The notes below the pieces were generated by a model. The model was not told the DNA's origin, ran no database searches, and worked only from the letters and a program-made list of their open reading frames with translations. 64,000 bases of DNA, from NCBI RefSeq assembly GCF_009914755.1, contig NC_060931.1; one strand, 5' to 3'. Source of the DNA: the human T2T-CHM13v2.0 reference genome, Homo sapiens. How positions within the stretch are numbered: position 1 is the first letter of the stretch; every line of letters begins with the position of its first letter. Positions 34,231-46,562 of this stretch are shown here, one piece after another. The translations under genes were made by a program, and so were the position numbers.

Positions 34231-34942
34231 TAATGAATTGGATGTTGTTAAAATCCATAAACTATAGGCTTCTAAATGTATTAGTATGAGTACTACTTTT
34301 TAGTGTAAACGTTTCATTCCTTATTATAGCAGCACCCCCATACATTTGAATAATAGTGGTACTGTCGTACAAAGTAATGTTCCTTTCATTTCTGAACAAT
34401 GAATGATGTTAATAGATTAGGGGCCATTTGTCCTAGAGTTATCAAATATTTAGCCTTTTTACTATGTAGTAATGAAAAGTAATAATGTAATAGCTTTTTC
34501 ACTCTCAATGATTCTTCTAAGTTGGACGTACTTGGAGTTCTATTCAAAACTTAATTTTCTATTCTGAATTTATTCTAATTCATTCTATCTATAGAGATTC
34601 CCCACCAGCTCCTTAGGAATCAAGCCCTGGGAAGTATCAACTACTGGATCACAGTTGGTTCTTCCTCATGGGCTGCACCTCCAGGACACCTGGGTGGCTG
34701 GCCCCTCCCTCCTCTCTGCCAGGCTCTGCATCAGCTTGCACAGCTTGCCTGTGGTTCCCACTTGTCTCTAATGCAGGGTGTTCAGTGTATTCACGTGCCT
34801 CTTTCTATTTGTCTTCATACCATTGGGCAAACAGGGAAGATCTTAGCCAAAACTATGACTTTGGCAGAAATTATTTGCAGAGTCTCCAACTGTTTCCTTT
34901 TAATATACTTCAGTTCAGCTTTACAAGCAATAGATGTTAAGC

Positions 34943-35217
34943 TGATACATAATAGATGTTCATTTATTGATAGATAAATGATACATAATAGATGTTCATT
35001 CATTGATAGATAAATTATACATAATAGATGTTCATTTATTGATAGATAAATGATACATAATAGATGTTCATTCATTGATAGATAAATGATACATAATAGA
35101 TGTTCATTCATTGGTAGATAAATGATACATAATAGATGTTCATTCATTGATAGATAAATGATACATAATAGATGTTCATTTATTGATAGATAAATGATAC
35201 ATAATAGATGTTCATTC
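34943..35217 (+). repeat. Minisatellite/VNTR, 36-bp unit tgatacataatagatgttcatt(t/c)attgatagataaa x ~7.6
   Basis: Units start at 34943, 34979, 35015, 35051, 35087, 35123, 35159 and 35195 (partial); near-identical. Confidence 0.98.
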
Positions 35218-35300
35218 CTTTATTGCACATCTATTATGTATCAGGAACTTTGCCAGGTGCTGACAATAAACAAGATGACTAAGATGTAACTCTTACCTTT
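35211..35300 (-). mobile_element. L2 3'-end fragment
   Basis: ttcattcctttattgcacatctattatgtatcaggaactttgccaggtgctg resembles the reverse L2 3' end. Confidence 0.6.
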
Positions 35301-35863
35301 AAAATCTGAGTCCGGTGACTGATGACCTGTTTCTAAATTCTCCTTGAACTTTGAGAAGAAGAAAAATCTGATATTGGTTCACCTTGTCTTCTCTTCTGAG
35401 CCTCAGGCTCATATTTTTGGCTACCTAGTAAACCTTTTTCCTAGACTACACATGTCAATTTTTTTCTCTTATTTTTGAATTCTTTCTCTTCCTGACGTCT
35501 CTGTTTCATTCCGACTTGGCTTCAAACCTCCACTTTCAATCCTCTCCTTTTATTTCCTCAATAACTAGTTAAGGGTTGCAGTTGTTTTCCATTTCCACTG
35601 CTGGTATTGATACTCAGGCTCCTGCACCCTTCAATTCTGGACCACCCCAATTGCCTCTTAACTGGTTTCCTTGACTCTTTTTTCTTCTTCTCCGATTCAT
35701 CCTATTATTGTTGGCAGATTGGTCTTCTTAAAATATCCTCTTAATCTCATCACCTCACTGCACCCAAACCTTCAATGATTCCCTGGTGCCTAAAGGGTGA
35801 AGTCTGTAATTCTACTCCAGTATTCACTGTGCTTCATTTTAGGGTCCAATCTTCTTTTCCAGC

Positions 35864-36229
35864 TGGATTAGTCTGTTCTCACGCTGCTAATAAAGACATA
35901 CCTGAGACTGGATAATTTATAATGGAAAGAGGGTTAATGGACTCACAGTTCCACCTGGTTGGGGAGGCCTCAAAATCATGGCGAAAGCCAAAGAAAGAGC
36001 AAAGGGACTTCTTATATGGTGGTGGACAAAAAGAGAGCTTGTGCAGGGAAATTCCCCTTCATAAAACCATCGAATCTTATGAGACTTATTCACTATCAGG
36101 AGGACAGCACGAGAAAGACCTGACCCCATGATTCAATTGCCTCCCACTGGGTTCTCCCATGACATGTGGGAATTGTGGGAGCTGCAATTCAAGATCAGAT
36201 TTGAGTGGGGACATAGCCAAACCATATCA
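35864..36229 (-). mobile_element. THE1B-like solo LTR
   Basis: ttagtctgttctcacgctgctaataaagacatacctgagactgg...gccaaaccatatca. TSD ccagc / ccaac. Confidence 0.92.
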
Positions 36230-36419
36230 CCAACCTTATTTCTGTATACTCATTTCCTTCAGATACTCAGTGCTACTGTTTATGGTTGTAGAAAGAGGAA
36301 GAAAGACTATTGCAAATTATATTTGATTACAATTTTGAACTGTCTACACTTTAGTAGTCAACATCTTTTTGCTTTTGTATCCCATTTCTCTGCACACATT
36401 CAGCATGGTTGTTTTACAG

Positions 36420-36945
36420 CAGTGGTTCCCAATCCAGGGTGCACACTGACATGCTCTGGGGTCTGTAATGAATACTGATACTTGGGTCTCTCTCTCAGAG
36501 ATTCTGAATTACCTGGCTTGGATATCAGGATTTTCAAAGTTCCCAGGTGATATGGTTTGGTTGTTTCCCCACCCAAATCTTGTCTTGAATTGTAGCTCCC
36601 ATAATCCCCATGTGTTATAGGAGGGACTTGGTGGGAGATAATTGAATCATGGGGGTGGTTTCCTCCATACTGTTCTTGCGGTACTGAATAAATGTCACTT
36701 CATGAGATCTGATGGTTTTATAAGGGGAAACCCCTTTATCTTGGTTCTTATTCTGTCTTACTGCCTGCCATGTATCAAGTGCCTTTCACCTTCTGCCATG
36801 ATTATGAAGCCTCCCTAGCCATGTGGAACTGTGAGTCTATTAAACCTATTTTTCTTCCCAGTCTTGGGTAAGTCTTTATCAGCAGCATGAAAATGGAACA
36901 ACACACCAGATGATTCTCATGTGTTTCCTAGATTGAGAACCTCTG
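36420..36945. mobile_element. MER5B (hAT-Charlie) interrupted by THE1C
   Basis: cagtggttcccaatccagggtgcacac...cagagattctga...cccagg | LTR | tgattctcatgtg...gattgagaacctctg. Confidence 0.8.
36548..36905 (+). mobile_element. THE1C-like solo LTR
   Basis: tgatatggtttgg...ttttataaggggaaacccc...cagcagcatgaaaatggaacaacaca. TSD ccagg / ccaga. Confidence 0.92.
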
Positions 36946-37005
36946 GCTTCTACGGATGGTTGGTGTGCACCAAACTTGGCCAATGTTGTAGCCCAGGACA
37001 AATAA

Positions 37006-37006
37006 C

Positions 37007-37037
<31 letters not shown>

Positions 37038-37043
37038 GCAACA
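37006..37043 (+). repeat. Compound (CAC)n(CAA)n trinucleotide repeat
   Basis: Directly visible. Confidence 0.95.
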
Positions 37044-40000
37044 CAAGTTGGTGAAATATTTGTTGGCTACTTGTGTGCTGCAGCTTAGGGAGTGACCTGG
37101 CATTTAGCTAGCTTTTCTGTGTTGTGGGCCTGGAACTCTTACTGGTAACTGCCTTCATTAGTGTACAAGTTGAAGTAAAAAAATCTAGGCTTCTAAAAGC
37201 ATCCTCTGAGGGGGTGGGTTTATAGTCTAATTTGGATGTTGCATTTTTCCATCACCATAGGAAGCCTCTAAGAAAAAGACAAATAGGGGCTCTTACATTA
37301 TAGTCATGGGCAAATGAATCATGTTCTAATTGCAGATTTTCAACAGGATGGCTACAAGTGTGTCAGAAAAGCTAAGAAAATTATTTGCTATAGACAAACA
37401 AAAGGTTCTGATCTTTTATGTTTATTTTTAGATAAACAAGAGGCCTATTTTGTGTTTGTAACTGACTTGGTGCTTGAAATATTTTAGATGCTCACACACT
37501 TTTCTACGTGCCACAATTATGCCAGAATATAAAATTCCCAAAGATGATGTATTTAAAATGAAAGAACATTCCAGGGAAGAGTGCCATACCCTGTGTAATG
37601 AACTGTAACTTAACAAATGGTCATTTACACTCATGCCCAGAATGTATCAGGCTTATCATTAACATGAAATTTCTTTCTGGCTTATAGACCAAGATCAGAT
37701 TTCTTTCAATAACCTTTATTATTAGCAAGAAATGTCATTGAGAAGGTAGTTTAAGACTTTCATTTAGGAATAAAAACACATTGTTCTTTACTGAGCTATG
37801 GAGTAGCTTGAAGTTATTTTAAGTCTCCAATGATGATTTTGACTCTATTCTGTGCGATTTTGGAGTTTATGGGTCTCAACTTCCCAATGGATGAGATGAC
37901 ATTATTAATAACAAAATAGTAAGGGGTGAGGGTATGAGTCATGCTACTGTTTGGGTATATGTTCTTACTGTCTCTTGATGTTTAAACTATTATACAAAAA
38001 AGTATTGTTACATTGGCTTACAAGCCAATGATGGCAAGCCAATGATGATAAATCTCCTTCCCTTATGGTTGGAAGTCTCACTGTAATTCTGCCAATTGGT
38101 TATGGATGAGGCTTACCCTTAAGTGGGAAGGTTCTTAGAGGTAGAGGGTTGGGATGTGACTGTTTGACTATGTGGAGAGTACAGGTACCATGCTAGAGGG
38201 TTTTTGTTTGTTTGTTTGTTTGTATGTTTTTTTAAAAAAATACAGTTACTAACTCTTACTAATTCCTGAATTTTGTAACAGGATATTCAGAATGATTTTG
38301 TCCTTTAGTGCAAGAATTCTAGCAAAGACATAAAGCTGAGGAGGATAAGAAAAGCTAAGACCCCATATCCTAAAGATAGTTACCAAAGAGTCACCACCAT
38401 TGGGGAATTCCAGATTTATTTACTAAGTGGAGGTTAAACCTTCCCCTTACCATAATTCCCTGTCCCACCCCTCCCTGCAAGAGGAATCAGGATGGAGGGT
38501 GTTATTAGAGTGCAGACAGGAAGGTTTTCCTTTTCTTCCCCATGGGTGGGCTGCTCTCCTCCCTAAGAAGCCAAGTGAAGGGCTTCCAATGGGAAATCAG
38601 TCATAGAGGTTGGGGTATCTACGAGAAGGAGAGACTTGTATCTTCTTTATGACAGGTGTGTACTAAGCTCTAGAACCTGCAGCCTCACTCTCTACTGACT
38701 TTGGAGTGGTACAGAGCAGGGCAAGAAAGTTTTAGGAGAGCCTGAGATGTGCTTCGTGTGCTACCAGTCTGGAGATTTCTGAGCAGAGAAGCTTGTTGTA
38801 ATAGCTGTCACCAGCAGAGTAAGAAGGGTGCCATAGTGTTAGGTACTGAAGAACAGGATGTGGCCACACTTACCCTAGTCTCCTGTGACCTTTTGAGGGC
38901 ACAGAGGAAAACACACCGAGATGAGGGGAGGGACAGAGGAAGAGGGCTCACTGGGATAAAGCAAGAGGCCGCCTAATCCAGAGAAAGGGCTTAAGGCCAG
39001 TGCTGTAGATGGGAATAGGTAAGGTGTAGGGGATATTCCTTGTTCTGAGGGTCCTCAGGACTGGGTAGGGGGCATGGTAAAAATGTATCATTGCCCTTAC
39101 AAAAACCATGCACAGTGTCTTATCATCAAAGGGAAAGAGTCTGCAACAGAGGGATGCCAGGACATCTGCCCTCATTGGCATGATCTCTGCATTTACTTAT
39201 TTCTCCCCCTGCCCATGAGGGGCTGGAAGATCCAGACTTTGAAAATAGAGAGGGGAGGATTTGCTTCTGAGCCACACTGTGTTCACTCTTCACTCCAAGA
39301 ACCTATGATCATGTTTCTAGCTATTTTGAAGAAGAGAAGATGAACATTTTTTTAATCAATCAGCTATGATATTTTATTAGGAGTCATATTAGTAATAAAA
39401 AGTGTCTGGTAAGCTATGGATTGTGCCAAGAGGTCATTGCTAGGGAGTAGGACAGGGTTATGTGACAGAACATGAATAAAAGAAGGATTTAAAGGAATAA
39501 CAGTTTCATGTTAATAACCTCATGGAGTTGAAACTCCTCCATTAACTGTCTACATTTGAAATGTTGAAACATTCAGTAATGTTGAACCTGAATGTGGTGC
39601 TTTCAGGGACCAGGACAAAGGAAGATCAGAAGCACTACTATATCTGCTTTTCAATGAAATTAGCTGGAGTGAGATTTGGAGGCTCGAAAGGAGGTTGGAG
39701 CCTTTTCTTGGAATCTTATGCTCTATAGGGATGCCCAGGGAAGATGTGGGAGGTGAGGGGTCAGGGAGGAAGGAGTCTGGGGAAAAGATCTCTGTATAAG
39801 AGGGGAGGAATGGGCAGGAGGGGCACGAGGATCATCACAAGGAGGAGGGAGGAGTATCCTATTCAGCAGTGGCTGCTTTTGTTCCTGTCTTCTGGAGATT
39901 TAACTTACTCTTGATGAGGATTGAAGCCAAAGAGATTTGGGAGAAATTTGTGGGGTGGGGGAGAACATTTCTTTTCCCCACCATTAGCTAGTTAGAATCA

Positions 40001-40378
40001 TATAATTATTCAAAGTCAGAGCTGGAAGGCATTCAGAGGTCATCCAATACCCTCATTTCATGTCCAATTCCGGTTTTGCTAGTACCCAATATAAAATCAC
40101 TGCCCTTGCACTTTTTCCTTCTTATACAGGTATTTTGGAGAGTCTCCAGACACTGAAAAACAAGGATCTGATAAAGGTTCTGGCCATATTGGCCATATGG
40201 TTCTTGCCATTCCATCCTTTTACCCTGCTCCAGCCCCCTTGCCTTGAGGTGCTTTGAAGATCCACTGGACACCACACCTCACTCTGTGCCAGGGCATTGA
40301 TGGGACTGCAGTCACATCTGCTGTCTCCTGGCAGGCATGGCCACTCCTGCCCATGCACAGGACCCCTCCAAGAGCAAG

Positions 40379-40501
40379 GATGATTACAACTTCTTCTTCT
40401 TCTTTCTTCTTCCTGGATGAAGATTGCTGTGGCTATGATGACAACTTCTCCTTCTTTCTTCTTCTTCTTCTTTCTTCTGCCTAGATGAAGATTGCTGGGC
40501 T
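40379..40501 (+). repeat. Imperfect ~60-bp tandem duplication containing (TTC)n
   Basis: gatga(tt)acaacttc-(ttc)n-cct(g/a)gatgaagattgctg(t)ggct occurs twice. Confidence 0.85.
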
Positions 40502-40607
40502 GGTGGCCTCTTATTCTCTTGGAATATGCTCTCTCCCCAGAAATGTGTAATCTCTTCTCAATTATTTTTTAGCAGATTCCCCCATTAGTTTATCTGGGCT
40601 TAAGTGA

Positions 40608-40972
40608 TGTATTAGTCCATTTTCATGCTGCTGATAAAGACATATCCGAGACTGGGCAATTTATAAAGAAAAAGAGGTTTAATGGACTCACAGTTCCACA
40701 TGGCTGGGGAGGTCTCACCATCATGGTGAAAGGTGAAAGGCATGTCTTACATGGCAGCAGACAAGAGAGAATGAGAGAGCTTGTGTAAGGAAACTACCCT
40801 TTATAAAACCATCAGATCTCATGAGACTTATTTGCTATCACGAGAACAGCACGGGAAAGACCCACCCCCATGATTCAATTACGTCTCACTGGGTCCCTCC
40901 CACGACACACGAGAATTATGGGAGCTACAATTCAAGATGAGATTTGGGTGGGGACACAGCCAAACCTTATCA
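40608..40972 (-). mobile_element. THE1B/C solo LTR
   Basis: tgtattagtccattttcatgctgctgataaagac...cagccaaaccttatca. Perfect TSD agtga (40603-40607 / 40973-40977). Confidence 0.94.
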
Positions 40973-42220
40973 AGTGAGGACTCCTTTTTTCAAACCATGA
41001 GTGAATGTGAATTGGAAAGATGTTGTGAATTTACTTACCCTGAAGCCTCATGATGTGTGCTAGGAGAAGCACCAGGACTGGAACTAAAGAGTCTAGCATG
41101 CACAATTGCTATCTATGCTTAGAGGGACTAGGCAGGAGTGAAAAGGAGAAAAAAGTGGAGCCAAGGCTGCTCTCTGAATTCATCAGGAAATGGGGAGTGG
41201 ACTGAGGGCTAAGTTGGGGAACATCTCTAGGAAACTCTCCAGGTGGAATTTTGTCGATGTAAGGTCATGAGCTATCTTACATGATATTAGGTGACTGCCA
41301 AGATTCACTACAACTAGTGTGCAAAGCCTCAAATTATTTTTATTTTATGACTATTATTTTTCTCCCTATGTGAGCATTTTTCTTGGAAAAGAATGGAAAT
41401 TGTTTTTAACATTGAGTAAATATAGAGATTAATGATCTTGGATCCCTTTCATATTAAATTAAGTCATGATTTTATATTTTATTAAAGCAATCTTATTTAT
41501 AGCCAAAGTCTGGATGCCTAGAGATGTCTGGAGCTGCAAATGATGGTCTTGTTTTAAATTTTGAGTGAAGCATTGAATACTGTTTACAACTTTGAACACT
41601 TAATTTTGATTGGATAGATTTATTGTTTCAGAGAATAGTTTTCTGGAACTGTTGTGGGGTAATTGTGATGCCTGTGCTTGCTATAGAAATCTGTTTTTGT
41701 GTGTATCAGTGATAAAATTCATCTTTTAAAATGCACTCTTAGGCATTTTAATTTAATTAGATAAATTAATTAGATACATTTAATTCTTAAGGCTAACAGA
41801 CGTATTCTGTGAGGTGTGGATACCAGGTATTTAACACTGGAGAACTGAAATCAAATTTAGAAGAAACATTATTCTCTTATTTGATTAACAACCCTCTAGA
41901 GTTGTTGTTCTAGATGTTGTTTTCTTTTTAACCTAGAGGTGAGACATAGTCACTGTCTCTAATCTTAGCTCCTTCAACTGTGGTGGAGACAGAAGGGACA
42001 GATATTTAAGGAATTCTTAATTTTTGGTGGAGTGGGAGACAGGCAGGAATCAACGGTTTCAAGAGCTACACTTCTCGGTGGAAGTTGGCTTTAAAGTGTG
42101 GTGACTGAGCTCCTGCATGAAGTGGTAATTGAAATACACAGGAGTGGCTTATTTTATCTTCAGTTTAATGGTAGAGTTTTGAGTAAGTAGTTCTCAACCC
42201 AGTGAATGACATATGTTCGG

Positions 42221-42678
42221 TGAGTAGTAAACATTTGTTGGGTTGCCCACCATTCTTTCTTCTTTTGGCAACAGTGTCTAATTTTCCCTTTTGAGAACCA
42301 TCCTCCCCCTTCTGTCAGATGAACAGCTACTGTTGGAGCTGATTCTATGACTAGCTTCAAGAGTGTATAACTCACTGGCTAAGTGCCATAAATCTATTAC
42401 CTAGGCATAGTGACTCCTTTAGGGGTGGACATATGACTAAGTTGATCCAATCAAAGTACAATCCTATGCGGAAGCTACTAGGGAGAGATACCCTTTCCCC
42501 TCTGAACATGAACATAGGGAAGGGCTGAAGCTGTGGGTAGCCATTTTGTACTTGGGAACCTCAGAATTGAGCCAATATATGGTACAGTGCAAAGCCAAGA
42601 GATGTTTCAGTTATATTAATCTATCTATTCACTTTTACTGAAGTCATTTGCCTGCAATGAAAATAATCCTAACTGAAC
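42221..42678 (+). mobile_element. Old MaLR LTR (MLT1K-like)
   Basis: ttcttttggcaacag...aggggtggacatatgactaagttgatccaatca...tgcaatgaaaataatcctaactga. Confidence 0.6.
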
Positions 42679-43094
42679 AGGGTACATAATTAATATTAAT
42701 TGGTTCCTTTTCCTGCCCCTTATTTCTCAGGGGACTAGTCCCTGCAGGGGATGCGGGAGAGCTGCTGCACATTCTCCCAGGATTCCTACAGCACACACAT
42801 AATATAAGGAAAGGTTTTCCAGATTCTGCAATTTTACATCAAAAACAGCTTCCAAAATATATTTTTATTAAACAACAAAATGTACAAAACACCAGCTACT
42901 GTGTACTCTCAATATTTTTTCATAAAAGAAATGGCATTTTTAATATTCTAAAATAGGAAGTACAGAGTATAATTAAGGATAGTATTTAAAATAGAAAAAG
43001 TCTATCTTTAAGAAAAATGCATTGCACTCTCCTTATTCTTTTTTTCATTTTACCATAGTGCAGCAAAAATGTGAGTGGTTCATAAGGTCTAGGT

Positions 43095-43325
43095 CTTATG
43101 AAAGATAACTTCCTAGAATCAGATCCTGCCTCGACCACTCACTGGCTATTCTGTAATTACTCTGAGTTGCAGTTTCCTCATCTGTGAAATAGAAGTAATA
43201 ATTATCCCTGTCTCAGAAGATTGCAGTAAGGGTTGAAGGAATTAATACATGTAAGTTTTTAGAATAGTTCCTGGCACATAGGAAGTACTCAACAAACATT
43301 AACTATTATTATTGTTGTTGTTGTT
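43095..43325 (+). mobile_element. MIR (SINE); a second MIR fragment follows at ~43360-43475
   Basis: Core cagtttcctcatctgtgaaatag and 3' end cctggcacataggaagtactcaacaaacattaactattatt. Confidence 0.85.
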
Positions 43326-44159
43326 ATATTAATCAATACTCAGTGTCAATGTCTGGGATGAAATCAGATTCTAATTTCAGCCTTTATACTAATTAATTCT
43401 GTGACCTTGGACAGGTCAGTTTAGCTTTCTGGGCTTCAGCGTGCTCAACTGTAAAATGTAGGAATTTGGTTAGATACTTTTGGAGCATGCAGGAAACCAC
43501 ATGCATCTGCTGACTCTGCTCATCTGCAGGGGGCGTGAGGCACCATTATTGGTCACCTGATGCTCACCTGGGACTGGATTGGCTCCACAGTGGGAAGGCA
43601 GTCAGTCCCTCATCCCCCACAGCGCTCTTGTGTGGTGGTTGCTTCTGTTTCTGGTTGGCAGAGAGATGTGCAGAAGAAAAAGTCCTTTGAAGGAGTGAAT
43701 GGAAGGATTCAGGGTAGGATGTTTCCAAAAATGAAGCTGAGAAAATTCCAATGATGCCAGACACAGTGGGCAACAGTTTTGGGGATGACCGAATATTCTT
43801 TCATCTAACCACTCCACTACCCTCTATTGGCAAAGTCTGGAGATTGGTGAGGAAGTCTCCATCTTGGGTGTAGAGCCTGTCTGTGAGTGCAGTCCTATCT
43901 TTGAATGAAAGCAGAGCACACTTCTGTGTGGGAGTAAAGATGATGTGGTGAAACATGGATGTTTGAACATTAACACCAAGGAAACACTCAAGGCAGAAAT
44001 AGTTCAAGCAACTTAAATAGCAGTGAAGGGCTTTATTCAGCTTATGTGCATGAGGGAGCACCTCAAGGTTAGATAACTTCCTCAGCAGAAGCAGGGTTGG
44101 AGTCTGTACAGGTAAGGAAAGAGGATGGGATTGTGATGATGGTCTTGTCTCAGGGTATA

Positions 44160-44953
44160 CAGATGTTCCTCAACTTATTATGGAGTTATGTCCTGGAAAA
44201 CCCATCATACATTAAAAACATTCTGAGTTGAAAGTGGATTAATCCAGCCTACTGCATATCAAAGCTTAGCTTAGCCTAACTTAAACATACTCGGAACAAT
44301 TTTATTAGCCTGCAGTTGGGCAAAATCATCTAACACAAAGCCTATTTTATAACAGAGTGTTGGATATCTCATGTGTGAAAGGAAAATATCTTGGGCCGCT
44401 TCAAGCTGGGAACTGCTCAGGGCAAATCTGTCTCTCATTCTATTCAAAGTCATCCCTCTGCTCACTGAGATAGATGCATATTCTGATTGCCTCCTTTGGA
44501 AAGGCTTATCAGAAACTCAAAACAATGCAACCATTTTGTCTCTCACCTACCTGTGACCTGGAAGCCCCCTCTCTGCTTTGAGTGGTCCCCACTTTTCTGG
44601 ACAGAACCAATGTACTTCTTACCTAAATTGACTGATGTCTCATGTCTACCTAAAATGTAGAAAACCAGGCTGTGGCCTGACTACTTTGGGCACATGTTGT
44701 CAGGACTTCCTGAGGCTGTGTCACGGGCGCACGTCCTTAACTTTGACAAATAAACCTTCTAAAATGATTGAGACGTGTCTCATCATTTTTCTCCATTGAC
44801 ACATGTGCTTCATTGAATACTGTACCAAAAGTGGAAAACAGAATGGTTGTAGGGGTACTTGAAGTATGGTCTCCGCTGTATGCCTATTGCTTTTGAACCA
44901 TTGTAAAGTTGGAAAAACCAAGTCAAACCATCGTGTAAGTCAGAGGCTGTCTG
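44160..44953 (+). mobile_element. MER47A (TcMar-Tigger MITE) interrupted by a MER4A1 LTR
   Basis: ta|cagatgttcctcaactta...gttgggcaaaatcatctaacacaaagcctattttata | LTR | attgaatactgtac...taagtcagaggctgtctg. Confidence 0.9.
44374..44801 (+). mobile_element. MER4A1-like ERV1 solo LTR
   Basis: tgtgaaaggaaaat...tcaagctgggaactgctcagggcaaa...ctttgggcacatgttgtcagg...aataaa...tgaca. Perfect 4-bp TSD catg (44370-44373 / 44802-44805). Confidence 0.92.
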
Positions 44954-45292
44954 GCTTTACTTGGTAGAAACTTCCGTAAGATGTGAGGTTGGAATGGTTG
45001 GGAACAGTTTCATACTTTCATACCTTTTTCTTGGAATCATTGGTCCAATCTCATGTTAGCAGCTATCTGAACCATTCTTTGGAGAACTATCTGCTTTGTA
45101 GCTTGTTTATTAATTGTCTAATGACAATTGAAGTTCAGGGAAAGGGGAAATAGAAAAAATGGGGAGGTTAAAGAAGAGAGAACTTTTTTTTAAAGAAAGG
45201 GAGTAAAAGTCAAAACAGGAAATTGGTGTTTTAATTCTTTTTCAACTTAAAACAAAAACTTTCTCTAGTCTCATGTATTTTTTCTTTTTTTT

Positions 45293-45392
45293 AAGGCTAG
45301 TCAAGTGAAGCAGTGGGAGTGAAGATGTGGCAAAGAAATCTGTAACTGGTTGTGATCAATTCATTGTAAATACTATAGCACTCAGGCTAACC
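45293..45392 (-). pseudogene. RNY3P: Y3 RNA (RNY3) retropseudogene, full length
   Basis: Reverse complement reads ...aattgatcacaaccagttacagatttctttg...actcccactgcttcacttgactagcctt, matching hY3. A-tail (T-run 45285-45292) and TSD tgtattttt(t)ct on both sides. 5' stem mutated. Confidence 0.95.
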
Positions 45393-46289
45393 CTGTGTAT
45401 TTTTCTTAATTTATTTCTTGGGAGGTTTTAAAATGAATTTTTTTCCTTTGGACTTAATGTTTTCATTTTTGTTTTCTAAGTAGTCCAATAGAAGTTTAAA
45501 AAATTTCATTAAGAGAAGAAGAAAGCTAAAGCACATGGGTACGTGTCATATATTTTTTCAACTGTTCATCTACGTATAAATATTATATACACTCTTTATT
45601 CATGACATATTTCACAATAAAAAACGTCATAATAAGGGAGGAAGAAATGTTTAATTTAAGAAAAGAGAGGAAAACAAAATCCATATCTTACAATAACTCA
45701 TCCTCATTTGTATCAGTTATATGTTTTTATGCAATGTGCCAGATAGGGGAAGAAAATATAGGAGGCAATAAAGAATTTCAAGAACTTCTAAGCCCTGGAA
45801 ATCATGCCATAGAAGCATGCTCTAAGATTTTGTTTATATAAAGATAGTTTTAGCAGTCTATAGAGCTAATAAACTTCCATCAAACACTGGCGAGGAGCAA
45901 TTTGGAGTACATCAAAGAGCTACGTAGTTCCAGCACTAAGATGAATGTAACATTTTGCTGCTGATGGGTTTTATGTTTATGAGTCAAATCCACATTAACA
46001 AACATGCACTGCTCCTTGCTCCAAACTGCTTTATTATTCTGTTTTAAGATGCGCACTCATTGTGTTGCTTACGTAAGCAATGAATAGATGCTTTCTTGAG
46101 AAACCTGCTCTATGGGTATGTATCTTAATGAAAATGGATTAAACTGGAAATTTTAAACCCTACTCTTAAAGTTTACCTGATAAGATCAAATAGAGATATA
46201 AACTGGGAGCAGAGCATAAACGAGAGGACAGTGTTGAGATATTGTGGACATAGCCAATAATTACACCTTCTTCAGCCTAGGATTTAAAC

Positions 46290-46562
46290 CTGAACAGGAA
46301 TGTAAAAGAGTCATATCTGGCATAGAGTCATTATCTTTTGCCCTTTAGGTAATGACTTCTTTCATTATGACAAAGTTGCTTACGTGAAAAGAAAACAATT
46401 CAGTCAACTGAAACAACTTGACAAACAATTATAAGAAATCAACAATGCCAATGTAGTGTGAAAAAATGGGGTTTTTCACAACATGAATCTTGTTCCAATA
46501 AATACCAAGCTATGTTATACAAAATGCAAATGATTGAATCTTATACTCTCTATTCTTTGGCT
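46290..46562 (+). repeat. Copy 1 of a ~275-bp dispersed duplication (block order S-A-B)
   Basis: Aligns in permuted order to 47498-47777; 36-bp exact match 46384-46419 = 47708-47743. Confidence 0.9.

Noticed and set aside
34815-35217. 36-bp repeats as a CRISPR array, or the 110-aa repeat ORF as a protein
   Set aside because: The units are head-to-tail with no unique spacers, in primate DNA. The ORF is only the 12-codon unit repeated.
38274-39554. TG...CA-bounded ~1.3-kb stretch as an ancient LTR
   Set aside because: No convincing TSD and no consensus I can match; it needs a Dfam search.
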